Shown: positions 37,192 to 47,264, counted from the first letter of the stretch. The stretch: 64,000 nt of DNA from Candidatus Multivoradales bacterium (GCA_965223855.1 CBDCXM010000009.1:2720001-2784000); one strand, 5' to 3'. The notes: a model not told the origin generated them from the sequence alone. A program made the numbers and translations.

Positions 37192-37900
37192 GCAGCCGGG
37201 TCGTGCCGCACGAGCAGTGGCGGTCGCTCTCGGCGTGGTCGCGAGTCTCGGCTTCGGGGCCTCGGGGGTGCGCTCGGCAACCGCCGCCGAGCTGAGCGGT
37301 TCGGTCTCGCTCGTCTCCGGCCGGAGCGGTCGGCCGGCGCGCGGCGTCGAGGTGGCGGAGACCGTGGTCTCCTTCGCTCCAGCCGAGAGAGTGCCGCCGA
37401 ACGTACCCAATCAGCCGTTCCTGATGGCGACCTCGCGGAAGGCGTTCTCTCCCGAGCTGCTCACCATTCCGGTCGGCGCCGAGGTCGTTTTCCCCAACTT
37501 CGATCCGATCCTGCACAACGTGTTCTCGGTGACCCCGGGGAGTCGCTTCGATCTCGGTCTCTACGGCAAGGGAGAGGGGAAGGCGGCGACGTTCGACAGC
37601 CCCGGTCTGGTGAGAGTGTTCTGCAACGTCCATCAGGCGATGTTCGGCCACATCCTGGTGCTCGACTCGCCCTTCTACGCGCGGGTCGACGCCGTCGGCA
37701 GGTTCACCCTCGAAGGGCTGCCTGCGGGAGGGGGTGAGCTCGTCGTCTGGCACCCTCAGGCGGAGCTGACGAGAATCCCGGTTTCCGCCCCCGGGCGAGG
37801 GCTCGACGTGAAGCTCGAAGTCCAGAGACGCCGGGTCCCGGCGCACCTGAACAAGTTCGGCAAGCCGTACCGGTCACGCCGCGACCGATACAATCGCTGA
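37181..37900 (+). CDS. Periplasmic cupredoxin-like / carboxypeptidase-regulatory-like protein
   Basis: FPNFDPILHNVFS and VFCNVHQAM (His/Cys/His/Met copper-type ligands); signal peptide. Confidence 0.82.
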   Translation: MAAEQPGRAARAVAVALGVVASLGFGASGVRSATAAELSGSVSLVSGRSGRPARGVEVAETVVSFAPAERVPPNVPNQPFLMATSRKAFSPELLTIPVGAEVVFPNFDPILHNVFSVTPGSRFDLGLYGKGEGKAATFDSPGLVRVFCNVHQAMFGHILVLDSPFYARVDAVGRFTLEGLPAGGGELVVWHPQAELTRIPVSAPGRGLDVKLEVQRRRVPAHLNKFGKPYRSRRDRYNR

Positions 37901-37978
37901 CGTTCCCGACTCTCGAGAGGACTGCGCCGCTCCGGCCGTCGGCCGAGGCGCGCCTTCCGAGTCACGTCCCGAGCCTCC

Positions 37979-40552
37979 ATGCGCCTGACGACACGCCTCT
38001 TTCTGCTCATCTCTTTCCTGATCGCGTTGTCGGTCGGAACGGCGGTCGCCGTGACCTGGTTCTGGTCCGGGCGCATCGGCCGGGAGGCGATCACCGAACG
38101 GCTGGAGAAAGGGAGCGAACTTCGACGTCAGCAGGACGAAGCGCTCTACGACCGGTTGCAGCTGGTCGCCAACGTCTTCGTCGCCGATGCGAACCTGATC
38201 GCCTATGTGGCCGAGGCGCTCGATCGGACTGACAGCGGCTCGATCCTCGACCTGCTGCTCGAACGTCAGGACGACCTCGGCTTCGACTTCGCCGCCGTCA
38301 CCGATCCCGACGGTTACCTGCTCGCACGCACCGACAGGCTGTCGGCTCTCGACGAGGATCTCGCCGACGTGCCGCTGATCGCCGAGGCGCTCGACGACTT
38401 CGAGAGCGCCGGGCTGTGGGTCGAAGGGGAGGAGATCTACCACGCGGTGGTCATCCCGCTGGTGCAGGGAGGCATCGACCTGATCGGCTTCTTCGCCACC
38501 GCCTACCGGGTCGACGATGTCGGCGCGGTCGAGAGCCGGCGCCTCGACGGCAGTGAGGTGGTCATCGTGTCGGTCGACTCCGGGGCTCCGCTCGCTTCGA
38601 GTTTCGATGAGGCGAGGCAGCCGCTCGCTCACGCGGCTCTGGCAGGAGCGGCTCTCGCCGGCCCCGAGGCGAGCGCAGTCGCCCTCAGCGACAGCGTGCG
38701 AGAAGTCGCGATCGGCGGCGAGCCGTGGCTGGTGCACCGCTCGGAGCTCTTCGGCTCGAGCGGCGACCCGGTGGCGGTGCGGCTCACCGGGGCGTCGCTG
38801 CGCGCCGAGACGGCGCCGTTCCGGCGCATCGCCTCCGCCCTCGGCTTGATCGGCCTCGCCACCGCGCTGCTCGGCTTTCTGCTGACCTACGGCCTGGCTC
38901 GCCGGCTCACCCGGCCGCTCGCCGCACTGATCGGTGCCGCGAAGAAGGCGCGAGCCGGCGACTATGCGGCGCAGATCCCGACCGCGCGGGCGGACGAGGT
39001 GGGGGAGCTCGGCACGGAGTTCAAGGAGCTTCTCAACGAACTGCGCGAGAAGCGTGACATGGAGACCTACGTCGCCGAGCTGTCCCGCAAGCTGCCCGAC
39101 CCGGTGCAGCTGCTGGAGAAGCCGATGAAGAGCGCCCACCGCTCCGAGGTCACCGTGCTGGCGGTCGAGTACCGGATCCACGGAGCCGAGGCAGATCCCG
39201 AGCCGGTGGCGGCGTTGTCTCGTCTCGGCGCCGACCTGCGTGAGGCGGCCCGGCGGATACGCGGCTCGCGCGGCGTCGTCGCCTCCTTCAGCGGGCATCG
39301 GGTGCTGGCGGTGTTCGAGGGTGACGATCACCTGCAGCGCGCCGTCAAGGTGGCGATCGAGGTCGTCAAGACCGGCAGCGCGTGGTCTCCGGGAGAGCCC
39401 GACGCCGCACCCGCGGTCGCGCTGGCCGCGGACTCGGTCGTGCTGGGGATGATCGAGTGGGAGAGCCAGGGGTACGAGGCGGTGTGCGGGCGCGCCGTCC
39501 AGCTGATCGAGACGCTCCTGCGCGAGGCCGCTCCGGGGGAGCTGCTGATGCCGCTCTTCACCCGCGATCGGCTGCTCGAACTCACCGACGTGCCTCCCGA
39601 GGTGCTGCCGGAGAGGCAGGGGATCACCACCGCCCTGCGCCACTGTTCCCTCGATCTCAGTCATGCTCCTGCGCTGCCGACGCTGACCCTCGAGGGGAGC
39701 GGCGACGCCGCCGCCGAGAGGCCGATCTTCCAACCGGGGCAGGTGGTCGCCGATCGCTTCGAGATTCTCTCGTTGGCGGGCACCGGCGGGATGGGGGCGG
39801 TCTACCGCGTGCGCGACCGCCGGCTCGGTGAGGTGGTGGCGCTCAAGACGCTGCGGGACGGTGCCTGGAAGGACCGCGAGCGCATCGAACGGCTCAAGCA
39901 GGAGATCAAGATCGCGCGCGCGATTTCCCATCCGCACGTCCTGAGGGTGTACGACCTGGGTGAGGCGGACGGCGTGCCGTTCATCTCGATGGAGTACGTC
40001 CCCGGAGTGACCTTGCGACAGATGCTCGAGCAGGCGCCGCGGCTGCCGTTCTCGGCGGCGATGCGCCTGGCGCGGCAGATCGTGCAGGGGCTCGACGCGG
40101 TCCACGCTACCGGGATCCTCCATCTGGACATCAAGCCGGACAACGTGCTGCTCGAGCCGACCGGCAACGCGCGACTCACCGACTTCGGCATTTCCAGCCC
40201 GCTCGACAGCGGCCGTGAGGGGGCGGCGGCCCCCCAGCGGACACTCGGCACCCCGTACTACGTCGCTCCGGAGATCGTGCGCGGAGAGGGGGCCGACGCG
40301 CGGGCCGATCTCTTCAGCACCGGTGTGCTGCTGTTCGAACTCTTCACCGGCGGTCGTCCGTTCCGCACGGGACAGTCGGTCGCCGAGGTGTTCCGGATCA
40401 AGCTCGAAGAGCCGGCCGCGACCGCCGACAGCATCTGGCCCGACGTGCCGCCCGTCCTCGCCGCGGTGCTGGCGAAGTGCCTCGAGAAAGACCCCGACCA
40501 GCGCTATGCCGCGGCCGCGGATCTCCTGGCCGACCTCGACCGGGTGCTCTGA
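37979..40552 (+). CDS. Membrane Ser/Thr kinase (TM-sensor-TM-HAMP-cyclase-like-kinase)
   Basis: Two TM helices, HAMP (RADEVGEL), GTGGMGAVY, VALK, HLDIKPDN, DFG and GTPYYVAPE. Confidence 0.9.
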   Translation: MRLTTRLFLLISFLIALSVGTAVAVTWFWSGRIGREAITERLEKGSELRRQQDEALYDRLQLVANVFVADANLIAYVAEALDRTDSGSILDLLLERQDDLGFDFAAVTDPDGYLLARTDRLSALDEDLADVPLIAEALDDFESAGLWVEGEEIYHAVVIPLVQGGIDLIGFFATAYRVDDVGAVESRRLDGSEVVIVSVDSGAPLASSFDEARQPLAHAALAGAALAGPEASAVALSDSVREVAIGGEPWLVHRSELFGSSGDPVAVRLTGASLRAETAPFRRIASALGLIGLATALLGFLLTYGLARRLTRPLAALIGAAKKARAGDYAAQIPTARADEVGELGTEFKELLNELREKRDMETYVAELSRKLPDPVQLLEKPMKSAHRSEVTVLAVEYRIHGAEADPEPVAALSRLGADLREAARRIRGSRGVVASFSGHRVLAVFEGDDHLQRAVKVAIEVVKTGSAWSPGEPDAAPAVALAADSVVLGMIEWESQGYEAVCGRAVQLIETLLREAAPGELLMPLFTRDRLLELTDVPPEVLPERQGITTALRHCSLDLSHAPALPTLTLEGSGDAAAERPIFQPGQVVADRFEILSLAGTGGMGAVYRVRDRRLGEVVALKTLRDGAWKDRERIERLKQEIKIARAISHPHVLRVYDLGEADGVPFISMEYVPGVTLRQMLEQAPRLPFSAAMRLARQIVQGLDAVHATGILHLDIKPDNVLLEPTGNARLTDFGISSPLDSGREGAAAPQRTLGTPYYVAPEIVRGEGADARADLFSTGVLLFELFTGGRPFRTGQSVAEVFRIKLEEPAATADSIWPDVPPVLAAVLAKCLEKDPDQRYAAAADLLADLDRVL

Positions 40553-40574
40553 GTCGGGCTGTTTCCAGAGCCGA

Positions 40575-41186
40575 TCAGCCCGGGCGGCGGAAGACGACGC
40601 AGTAGCGGTCCTCGTCTCCGACCCGCCAGTCGTCGTAGCGCTCCACCAGCTCGAAGCCGGCGGCCGTCATCTCGGCGACGAGAGTGTCCGCAGCAATGCC
40701 GTGTCCTCCGCGATCCGGCACCCCCTCGAGCTCGCGCCAGTGGGTCTGCGGCACGATGTCGATCACCGCGATGCGCCCTCCCGGAACGAGTGCGTCGAAC
40801 AGCCCCCGCCGCATCGGCTCCGGGTCGGTGAAGTGGTGATAGACCATCCGCAGCAGGATCGCCTCGCAGCAGCCGTCCTCCAGACCGAGATCCCGGTCCG
40901 TCCCGAGCACCGCGGTGACGTTGTCGGCGAGGGTGGCCAGCTCCGCGACGAGATCGGACTCGACCTCGGTAGCGAAGACGGCGCCTGACTCGCCGACGGC
41001 GGCGCTCAGGACTGCCGCCCATTCGCCGTCACCCGCGCCGACGTCCGCGACGGTCATCCCCTCGGATACATGCAAGACCTCGAGGATTCGCTCCGCCTCT
41101 TCCGCGAAGCCCGCCGAACAGGCGGGGAGGAGGAGGGCGACGAGAATCGCAAGTGCGGTCAGGCCGAGAGTGTTGCGGTCGAGCAT
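40575..41186 (-). CDS. Class I SAM-dependent methyltransferase, exported
   Basis: VADVGAGDG, VYHH and LVPGGRIAVID; N-terminal signal with possible lipobox LPAC. Confidence 0.85.
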   Translation of the reverse strand: MLDRNTLGLTALAILVALLLPACSAGFAEEAERILEVLHVSEGMTVADVGAGDGEWAAVLSAAVGESGAVFATEVESDLVAELATLADNVTAVLGTDRDLGLEDGCCEAILLRMVYHHFTDPEPMRRGLFDALVPGGRIAVIDIVPQTHWRELEGVPDRGGHGIAADTLVAEMTAAGFELVERYDDWRVGDEDRYCVVFRRPG

Positions 41187-41289
41187 GGGTGGTTCATACC
41201 ACGAGCGGGGGGGGCGGGCGAGAGAATTACGGTGACAGGATACTTATCTCTGCACGGCCACCAAGACTGGAAGGTCGCGGGCCGTAGGC

Positions 41290-41826
41290 TTGGTGGGAAT
41301 AGGTATCCCGTCATCGTGCCGTCGTCCCGTCGTGTGGCAGGATGCCGCCCTCGTGCTCGCGACCCTGATCCTCTCTCTCCTCGTCGCCGCCGCGCCCGCA
41401 GCGGCAGGGAGTCCGTTCCATGGCGCCACGGTCGAGATCACCGACCTGGGGACTTGCACCGGCTGTGCAGGTAGCGTCCTTCGGGCAATGAAGCGAATCG
41501 ACGGCGTCGCGGACGCGGCGCTCGAAGAGGGAGGCGTCGTTCGGGTCACGGCCGAGGAGGGTGTCTGGATCGATCCCGGCGAGCTGCGCCATATCGTGAG
41601 GAACGCCGGTTACACCGCCGGCACCGTCGCGTCGTTCTGCCGCGGTACCCTGACCAGGGAGGAGGGGAAAGTCTCCTTCACCGCGGCCGCGGCGCGCGAG
41701 GATGCGAGTCTGCCCGTCGAGGACCCTGAAGGACTCGTTTCCGAGCCCGTCACCGCACGCGCACAGTTCGTGTCTACGGCCTCGGAGCCGACTCCTGTGC
41801 TCCGGGCGATCGACAAAGGGGGATGA
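41290..41826 (+). CDS. Exported heavy-metal-associated (HMA) domain protein
   Basis: CTGC followed by AMKRIDGV..NAGY. Start uncertain. Confidence 0.7.
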   Translation: MVGIGIPSSCRRPVVWQDAALVLATLILSLLVAAAPAAAGSPFHGATVEITDLGTCTGCAGSVLRAMKRIDGVADAALEEGGVVRVTAEEGVWIDPGELRHIVRNAGYTAGTVASFCRGTLTREEGKVSFTAAAAREDASLPVEDPEGLVSEPVTARAQFVSTASEPTPVLRAIDKGG

Positions 41827-42265
41827 CCGGCGCGGGCAGCCAGCTCCGACCGCCCGTAGCCGGCAGTTCCAGGAACAGCTCTCCGGCCTCGACATCGAGA
41901 AACCACCACCCCCTGGCATCGGCGGCGGGGAAGAGCTGCTCCCAGAGGATGTCGGAGGGAGACTCCACGTCTACGGCGAGCAACAACATGAACCTCCATG
42001 TCTCCTGGTAACGGGAAGGATGGCGGCCCGGCAGACCGCCAACGATGACCCGTCCCTCCAACAAGGCCGGGTAGCCCCGCAGGTCCCAACTCTCTGACAG
42101 GAGCCCATCGCACCAGAGGCCTGGAGCTGAGGCCGCAGGCCGCTCGCGCCACTCCTCGCAGAGTCGCAGCTCCAGGCGCAGGAAGAACGACTCCTGGGTC
42201 AGTTCGTCGAGAACTTTCGAATCAAGCTCGACGTTTCTCCGGAGCAGTCGATTCGTAACGGACAC
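41774..42265 (-). CDS. Hypothetical protein
   Basis: Globular, Trp-rich composition (LWCDG, QETWRF, GWWFLD). GTG start directly after the tandem array; convergent overlap with the HMA gene. Confidence 0.55.
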   Translation of the reverse strand: MSVTNRLLRRNVELDSKVLDELTQESFFLRLELRLCEEWRERPAASAPGLWCDGLLSESWDLRGYPALLEGRVIVGGLPGRHPSRYQETWRFMLLLAVDVESPSDILWEQLFPAADARGWWFLDVEAGELFLELPATGGRSWLPAPVIPLCRSPGAQESAPRP

Positions 42266-42652
42266 GCGAGGGATTTGCGCTGGAACACTTCGCTCTTCCG
42301 AGCGAAGTACTCCAGCCCGGAATCCCGTTGGGGTCACTCCTCGCGCAACGCGGCAGTATTGATGTGCGAGGGATTCGCGCTGGAGTACTTGGCTCTTCCG
42401 AGCGAGGTGCTCCAGCCCGGAATCCCGTTGGGGTCACCCCTCACGCAACGCGGCAGTAGTGATGTGCGAAGGATTCGCGCTGGAACACTTCGCTCTTCCG
42501 AGCGAAGTGCTCCAGCCCAGAATCCCGTAGGGGGCACTCCTCGCGCAACGCGGCAGTAGTGATGTGCGAGGGATTCGCGCTGGAGTACTTCGCTCTTCCG
42601 AGCGAAGTACTCCAGCCCAGAATCCCGTTGGGGCCCCCACTCGCGCAACGCG
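42266..42652. repeat. 100-bp tandem array (~3.9 units) containing a hairpin and an inverted tRNA-Glu 3' end
   Basis: Units start at 42266, 42366, 42466 and 42566. Each has GCTGGAGTACTTCGCTC-TTCC-GAGCGAAGTACTCCAGC and GAATCCCGTTGGGG (with minor variants). Confidence 0.95.
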
Positions 42653-42656
42653 CGAG

Positions 42657-42733
42657 TGGTGTCCCCAACGGGATTCGAACCCGTGTTGCCAGCTTGAAAG
42701 GCTGGAGTCCTGACCTGGCTAGACGATGGGGAC
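42657..42733 (-). tRNA. tRNA-Glu(TTC)
   Basis: GTCCCCATCGTCTAGCCAGGTCAGGACTCCAGCCTTTCAAGCTGGCAACACGGGTTCGAATCCCGTTGGGGACACCA. Confidence 0.97.
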
Positions 42734-42862
42734 ACGCTGCGGAGGACCCGCGTTGCCGGCGAACTGTAGCACGCGCGTGAAGCCGGCTCGACCCCGGCCG
42801 GATACGATGCGATCGACCGTTCCGCAGGCCGCCTGAAGCGGCTGGAGCAGGGGGAGAGACGC

Positions 42863-44218
42863 ATGCTGCGCAAGCCTTGGGAGACGATGCTGCGACTCGC
42901 GCGAGGCGAGTCCAGAGGCCGGTTGGAGGAGTTCGTCGATTCGCTGTCGCCGGCGGATGCAGCATGGGCCCTCGAGCATCTCGACAGCGACGAGCGACGG
43001 GTGGTGCTCGACTCGATGGGTGCCGAGGCGGTCGCGGAGCTGCTGGAGGAGGTTCCGGACGTCCAGTCTTCGGAATTGCTCGAGGGGCTCGAGACGGCCA
43101 AGGCGGCGGCCGTGCTCAATGCCCTGCCGAGCGCGGAGCAGGCGGATCTGATCGCCGAGCTGCCGGCGGCGCAGGCGGAAGCGGTGCTGGCGGCGATGGA
43201 TCCGGAGGACGCCCGCGTTGCGCGGCTCCTCGGCCAGTATCCGGCAGACGTCGCCGGCGGCATCATGGTCACGGAGTACCTCGCCTTCGAAGAGACGGCG
43301 ACGCTCGGCGAAGTGCTCGACGAGCTGCGGCGCGGCGCGGAGGAGTACTCCGACTACGACGTCCAGTACGCGTATGTCACCTCGGCGACCGGGCGGCTGG
43401 TCGGGGTGCTGCGGCTTCGGGACATCGTGCTCGAGCCTCCGGAGCGCCAGGCGACCGAGGTCATGCTCGGTCAGCCCCTGTCGGTCGGTCTCGACGAGCC
43501 TCTCGAAGAGCTGATCCAGTTCTTCCGCGAGCATCGCTTCTTCGGCGTCCCGGTGGTCGATCCCGACGGCCGGCTTGTCGGCATCGTGCAGCGCTCGGAG
43601 ATCGCAGAGGCGGAGACGGCGGCCGAGGTCGACGACCACCTCAAGTCGGCCGGCATCGTCGGCGGCGAGGAGCTTCGAAGCATGCCGACGCTCGTGCGCT
43701 CGCGCCGGCGCCTGTCGTGGCTGAGCGTCAACATCGTTCTCAACATCCTCGCCGCGAGCGTCATCGCGCTCTACCAGGACACGCTCGCCCAGGTGATCGC
43801 GCTGGCCGTCTTCCTGCCGATCATCTCGGACATGAGCGGCTGCTCGGGCAATCAGGCGGTGGCGGTGTCGCTGCGGGAGCTGTCGCTCGGGGTGTTGCGG
43901 CCGTTCGAGGTGCTGCATGCGGCGGCAAAGGAGTCGGTCGTCGGTGTTCTCAACGGCGTCGTGCTCGGAGCGCTGATCGCCCTGGCGGGCCTGCTCTACT
44001 CGGGCAACGTCTACCTCGGTCTGGTCGTCGGCCTGGCGCTCGCGGTCAACACGGTGATCGCGGTCGTCCTCGGGGGCACCGTCCCGCTGGTCCTCAGGGG
44101 GCGGGGGATGGACCCGGCGCTCGCGTCCGGGCCGATCCTGACGACGGTGACCGACATGTGCGGCTTCTTCCTCACGCTCAGTCTCGCTTCGGCAATGCTC
44201 GATCGGCTCGGCGGATGA
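42863..44218 (+). CDS. mgtE: Magnesium transporter MgtE
   Basis: MgtE_N repeats, CBS pair, RRRLSWL, DMSGCSGNQA and DPALASGPILTTVTD. Confidence 0.95.
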   Translation: MLRKPWETMLRLARGESRGRLEEFVDSLSPADAAWALEHLDSDERRVVLDSMGAEAVAELLEEVPDVQSSELLEGLETAKAAAVLNALPSAEQADLIAELPAAQAEAVLAAMDPEDARVARLLGQYPADVAGGIMVTEYLAFEETATLGEVLDELRRGAEEYSDYDVQYAYVTSATGRLVGVLRLRDIVLEPPERQATEVMLGQPLSVGLDEPLEELIQFFREHRFFGVPVVDPDGRLVGIVQRSEIAEAETAAEVDDHLKSAGIVGGEELRSMPTLVRSRRRLSWLSVNIVLNILAASVIALYQDTLAQVIALAVFLPIISDMSGCSGNQAVAVSLRELSLGVLRPFEVLHAAAKESVVGVLNGVVLGALIALAGLLYSGNVYLGLVVGLALAVNTVIAVVLGGTVPLVLRGRGMDPALASGPILTTVTDMCGFFLTLSLASAMLDRLGG

Positions 44219-45222
44219 CCGCCGGCGGGAGCAGCAGGCGGCCGGCCCGGGATCCGCTGAAGCTGGTCGGCAACACCCCGGTCGTCGAGTTGCACCGCCT
44301 CGCACCTCGCAACGGAAGCCGGCTGCTGCTGAAGATCGAAGCCGCCAACCCGACGGGCAGCATGAAGGACCGCATGGCGCTGGCGATGATCGAAGCGGCG
44401 CGACAGGACCGGCGGCTCGAGGACGACGGTTCGGTGGTGGAGTACACCGGTGGCAGCACCGGGGTGTCGCTCGCGTTCGTGTGTGCGGTTCGAGGGATCC
44501 CGATCGAGATCGTCTCGTCGGATGCGTTCGCCCGCGACAAGCTGGACCTGGTGCGCTTCTTCGGCGCGAGAGTGGAGATCATCGAGAGCGATCGCGGGCA
44601 GATGACCGGTGAGCTGACCCGGGCCATGATCGAGCGCGCCCGCGAGCTGGCTCGGCGCCCGGGTGTGTTCTGGACCGACCAGCTCCGCAATAGGGACCCG
44701 ATCGCCGCCTACGGAGGGCTCGGCGAAGAGCTGTGGGCGCAATCGGGCGAACGGGTGGACGCCTTCGTCCAGTCCGTCGGGACCGCCGGTTCGATCCGTG
44801 GCGTCGGGGCGGCGCTGCGCTCGAGGAACCCGGCGGTCGAGATCGTGGCAGTGGAGCCGTCGGAGTCGCCGGTGCTCTCAGGGGGTGAGAGCGGCGGTCA
44901 TCGCATCGAGGGGGTGGGGGCAGGCTTCGTCGTGCCCTTGTGGCAGGAGGGCACCGCCGACAGGGTCGAGCTCGTCTCGACCGCCGACGCTGTCGACATG
45001 GCGTTTCGACTGGCGAGGGAGGAGGGGATCGCGGCCGGCACCTCGACCGGAGCCAATCTGGTCGCTTCGTTCCGGGTAGCCGAGCGCCTCGGGCCGAGCG
45101 CGACGGTGGCGACCCTCATGTGCGATTCCGGGATGAAGTATCTTGGGACGGACCTGTTTTCCGATGCGTTGTCGGGCGAGCTCCCGCGGCCGCCCATCAC
45201 TTCCGAGGGAGATGTCGAATGA
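44215..45222 (+). CDS. PLP-dependent cysteine synthase family protein
   Basis: VGNTP, NPTGSMKDR, GTAGS, HRIEGVG and CDSGMKY. Confidence 0.9.
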   Translation: MTAGGSSRRPARDPLKLVGNTPVVELHRLAPRNGSRLLLKIEAANPTGSMKDRMALAMIEAARQDRRLEDDGSVVEYTGGSTGVSLAFVCAVRGIPIEIVSSDAFARDKLDLVRFFGARVEIIESDRGQMTGELTRAMIERARELARRPGVFWTDQLRNRDPIAAYGGLGEELWAQSGERVDAFVQSVGTAGSIRGVGAALRSRNPAVEIVAVEPSESPVLSGGESGGHRIEGVGAGFVVPLWQEGTADRVELVSTADAVDMAFRLAREEGIAAGTSTGANLVASFRVAERLGPSATVATLMCDSGMKYLGTDLFSDALSGELPRPPITSEGDVE

Positions 45223-46031
45223 AGGAACTGTTCCCCGAACCGCTTCAGCCCTACTCCGGGCTGATCGTCGGCGCCGCTACCGCCCTGGCGATCTTCGTCC
45301 TCGGGTGGATCGCCTCGAAGTGGGTCCACGCGATCTGTCTGCGCCTGGCGCGCAAGAGCCAGCTCGACGAAGCGCTGGCTCGCTTTCTCGCCTCGTTGGC
45401 GCAGTACGCCGTACTCGCTTTCGCCGTCATTGCCGCGCTGAACAAGGTCGGCGTCGCCACCACCAGCCTCGTCGCGTTGATCGGCGCCGCGGGACTCGCG
45501 ATCGGCCTCGCCCTGCAGGGGAATCTCGGGCATTTCGCTTCGGGAGTGATGCTCCTGCTGTTCCGGCCGTTCACGCTCGCCGACCGGGTGAAGATCTCCG
45601 GGCAGGACGGCAAGGTGACCAACATCGGCCTCTTCGCGAGCACCCTGCTGACACCCGGCAATGCCGAGATCATCGTGCCGAACGGGAAGATCACGTCGGA
45701 CGTCATCGTCAACTACACCTCACAGCGGACGCTGCGGGGAGGCATCGCCGTGGGCGTCGCCTACGGCACCGATCTGGCCCGGGCGATCGAGGTGATGCTC
45801 ACCGCCTGCCGGTCGATTCCCGCGGTGCTGGAGGAGCCCGAGCCGACCGTCTACTTCAAGGGGTTCGGTGCCTCATCCATCGACTTCGAGGTGCGGCCGT
45901 GGGCGACGACCGACGACTACCTGCCGATGCTGCACGACGTGTCGCTCGCGCTCAACGACGCGCTCGAGCAAGCCGGTATCGAGATTCCGTTCCAGCAGGT
46001 CGTTGTTCATCGGGCGGAGCCGGGCGATTGA
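45219..46031 (+). CDS. mscS: Small-conductance mechanosensitive channel
   Basis: GAAGLAIGLALQG, IIVPN, GASSIDF and IEIPFQQ. Confidence 0.92.
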   Translation: MKELFPEPLQPYSGLIVGAATALAIFVLGWIASKWVHAICLRLARKSQLDEALARFLASLAQYAVLAFAVIAALNKVGVATTSLVALIGAAGLAIGLALQGNLGHFASGVMLLLFRPFTLADRVKISGQDGKVTNIGLFASTLLTPGNAEIIVPNGKITSDVIVNYTSQRTLRGGIAVGVAYGTDLARAIEVMLTACRSIPAVLEEPEPTVYFKGFGASSIDFEVRPWATTDDYLPMLHDVSLALNDALEQAGIEIPFQQVVVHRAEPGD

Positions 46032-46065
46032 GGGGCCAGGTGGCTCGGTGCGGGGCGCCTGGGGA

Positions 46066-46884
46066 TCACTGCTCCTGGGGGCCCGCGGCCCGGCGCGGCG
46101 GGCGTGGGAAGAAGGCGCTGGTACGACGCACGTACTCGGCGTAGCGGGGTCGCGTCTCACGGATTCCCTTCTCGAGTAGCGCCACGCCGGAGACCTTGAG
46201 CAACAGGAAGGTCATCGCTGCCGGCCCGATGAGCGCCCAGGCGCCGAGCGGAGTGGCGAGAGCGAAGCAGCCGAGCCCCCACCAGACGACCGCGTCGCCG
46301 AAGTAGTTCGGATGCCGGGTGTAGCGCCACAGCCCGGTATCGAGCACCTTGCCGCGGTTGGCCGGGTCGGCCTTGAAGCGGGTGAGCTGGAGGTCCCCGA
46401 CCGTTTCGAAGAAGAGACCGACCGCGAAGAGAGCCAGACCGACGAGGTCGAGCCAGCCGAGGGCTCCCACCGCCGCCTGCACTTGCAGGAGCGGTGCGCC
46501 GACGATCCACAGGAGTGCGCCCTGGAGCCAGAAGACGATCGGCAGAGAGAGCAGGGGAAAACTTCCGCCGTACTTTCGTCGCATCGCCTGGTAGCGAGGA
46601 TCCTCGTCGCCACCGCGGTTGCGCAGGTAGATGTGGGCGGCCAGTCGGAGCGCCCAGACCGTGACGAGGATCGGGACGAGAGTCTGCCGAAGAGTGGTGA
46701 CCTCGGCTCCGGCGCGGTAGACCCAGGCGATCAGAGCGAATCCCGGCCCCCAGAAGATGTCGATGATGGACGCGTCCCTGAGCGGCAGGCTCATGATCCA
46801 GACGGCCGTAGTCAGGGCGAGCGCCGCCCAGAGTCCGGTCAGTCCGAGATCGAGGATTCCCGCCGGCGGTCCGAGCCAGCTCAC
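46066..46884 (-). CDS. DUF1295 (steroid 5-alpha-reductase-like) membrane protein
   Basis: IIDIFWG, EDPRY, DLQL..FK and GLWRYTRHPNYFG. Confidence 0.9.
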   Translation of the reverse strand: MSWLGPPAGILDLGLTGLWAALALTTAVWIMSLPLRDASIIDIFWGPGFALIAWVYRAGAEVTTLRQTLVPILVTVWALRLAAHIYLRNRGGDEDPRYQAMRRKYGGSFPLLSLPIVFWLQGALLWIVGAPLLQVQAAVGALGWLDLVGLALFAVGLFFETVGDLQLTRFKADPANRGKVLDTGLWRYTRHPNYFGDAVVWWGLGCFALATPLGAWALIGPAAMTFLLLKVSGVALLEKGIRETRPRYAEYVRRTSAFFPRPPRRAAGPQEQ

Positions 46885-47264
46885 GACGCGTCCCCTCGGG
46901 CTGCGCCGGCAGCCTGCCCCGACAGTCGTGCATGCTCCGGTCGCAGGAGGATCTCCGGTGCGCCCGCCTTCGGCCCGAGTCCCCGGGTCGCCAGCAGCAG
47001 ATAGGCGGCGATGGCGAAGTTGCCCAGGGTGAGCAGGAGGACGAGCCACAGCCCCCTTCGGGTCGCGCTCGTTTCCCGATAGAAGATCCAGAGGTAGACC
47101 GAGAGGAAGCCGAAGTAGGCGTCCGCCAGCGTCGCCCGGAACCAGGGCGCCTGCCACAGCTCGGAGGCCGCGGAGAAGACCCCGCGATCGAGTGAGGCGA
47201 CGACCGTCACCCAGGTCATGACAGCGAGAACGGCGAGCGCAAAGGCGCGAACGGCGAGGATCAT
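46881..47264 (-). CDS. DUF1475-like membrane protein
   Basis: PWFRATLADAYFGF..WIFYRE..LGN; translationally coupled on both sides. Confidence 0.75.
   Translation of the reverse strand: MILAVRAFALAVLAVMTWVTVVASLDRGVFSAASELWQAPWFRATLADAYFGFLSVYLWIFYRETSATRRGLWLVLLLTLGNFAIAAYLLLATRGLGPKAGAPEILLRPEHARLSGQAAGAARGDAS

Noticed and set aside
42266-42652. CRISPR array
   Set aside because: Whole 100-bp units are near-identical, with no unique spacers and no cas genes in the window.
42222-42780. Short repetitive ORFs over the tandem array
   Set aside because: They are translations of the repeat and tRNA, with no independent coding evidence.
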